A stretch of DNA of 64,000 bases from Octopus bimaculoides (Eukaryota). Positions 62,691 to 64,000 of the stretch are shown one piece after another; within the stretch, counting starts at the first letter, position 1, and every line of letters starts with the position of its first letter. The position numbers and the translations under genes are program-made. The stretch lies in NCBI RefSeq assembly GCF_001194135.2, contig NC_068981.1:2235195-2299194 (forward strand), read 5' to 3'. The notes beneath the pieces are model-generated. The model saw only the letters and a program-made list of their open reading frames with translations. It did not search any database and was not told the origin of the DNA.

Positions 62691-64000
62691 CAGTATTTTG
62701 CAAATCAATTTCCTTTTTTGTGTGCCTGTGGGTGTGACATTTTATGTCAAGTACTGTGCGCTGAGGTTTAATCTATTATTTCTTTGTGGGTTGAATCTAT
62801 GTATAAGCCAGGCTTACTTAATTCTTAAGTTGCCCACATTTCTATCACTGGCTCTAATGGTAAAGGTAAGATGCTGGTTGATGCAGAGAAGGGCCGGAGT
62901 GTGCTCACTGTATGTCCAGTCCTTCATTGCAGATAGCTCTGAGGAGAGCTGTGGTTATGCTTGCACTGAAATGTGGTAATTTAATGAAACAGTCTTTGAT
63001 CAACCCAAGGCTATAGTCCTTTTCTTTTTCTTTTTTTTCTACTCTAGGCACAAGGCCTGACATTTTTGGGGAGGGGGCCAGTCGATTAGATCGACTTCAG
63101 TACGCAACTGGTACTTAATTTATCAATATCCGAAAGGATGAAAGAAAAAAATCGACCTTGGCGGAATTTGAACTCAGAACATAAAGACAGACGAAACACC
63201 ACTAAGCCTTTCAGCCGGTGGTCACAGAGTTTGACAGAACCCAGAATCATGTGGGTGTGAAGTAGACTTGTTGCCATACAGCCACTCCTGCCTCTGCTTA
63301 ATTTAGATCTTTTTAAAGCGGAAAGGCTGTACTATGGAGCCAGAAGTGGTTTCAGGTGGGTTGCTATCAAAAGGATTAAAATAGAGTGAAACCACTGTCG
63401 AATGCGCCTGCTGTGTCTTTAGTGTATTACTACTTAAAAAGTTTTATTGTAAACTAAACACTTGCACACAATTATATTCCATATCCGTATAACACTGTTC
63501 GTTGGGAGTTATCTTAGTTTAATTGCATTGCAAGTGTTCATAACCTTTATATGTGTCAACACAGAGTTTTACTGATTAGGATTGGAGTCAAACTGAGTTG
63601 TCATCACCCAATTTGTTTTCCAACAGCAAAAGGAACAGTGTGGTGGTGGTGGTAACAATCATGACGAGGATCATCATCATTGTTGTCACCATTACAATAT
63701 ATAAATGTGTATATATATATATATGATTATATAAAATATGTGTGTGTGTGTGTATATTGTTTCAATTTCAATTACTTTCACTGTGTATATATATATATTA
63801 GTTTCACTATGTATTTATATACGTTTGTATATGTATATGTGTATATATGTGTGTATATATGTGTATGTGTGTGTGTGTGTATATACCAAATGTTTATATA
63901 CCAAAAAGATTTTATAACATTTTTCTGACATAATTTAAATATATACTTTAACCATGTAACACAAGCCTTCTGTAGTTTTTTCACTCTTATTATCTTTTAT

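Noticed and set aside
62829-62870. VAHISITGSNGKG followed by GTAAG, resembling a folylpolyglutamate synthase/Mur ligase P-loop
   Set aside because: In-frame stop immediately upstream, weak acceptor and no partner exons found.

Overview
AT-rich, repeat-dense animal genomic DNA, most likely Octopus (inferred from the tRNA-derived SINE families and the microsatellite load). It has seven N gaps and no prokaryotic features. One protein-coding gene is supported, on the minus strand: the ZNRF1/ZNRF2-type E3 ubiquitin ligase. Coding exon 1 is 49699-49336 (myristoylation signal MGAKQS). Exon 2 is 757-662 (UBZ zinc finger). The intervening intron is 48,578 bp, and the RING-encoding exons lie beyond position 1. 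A promoter-like motif cluster and a long upstream ORF sit at about 50.4-50.9 kb. The rest is mainly SINEs, MITEs, microsatellites and decayed hAT, RTE and R4/Dong elements. The most notable signal is a set of short non-autonomous retroelements carrying minimal type I hammerhead-ribozyme motifs of the Penelope-like-element kind. There are three unrelated families plus one covarying sister subfamily, mostly inserted as 3'-ends-outward inverted pairs. The commonest family joins a tRNA-derived Pol III head, an (AAT)n linker and the hammerhead tail, and its linker is itself a landing site for R4/Dong elements. All alignments and folds were done by eye. Repeat boundaries are approximate, and ribozyme activity is a prediction only.
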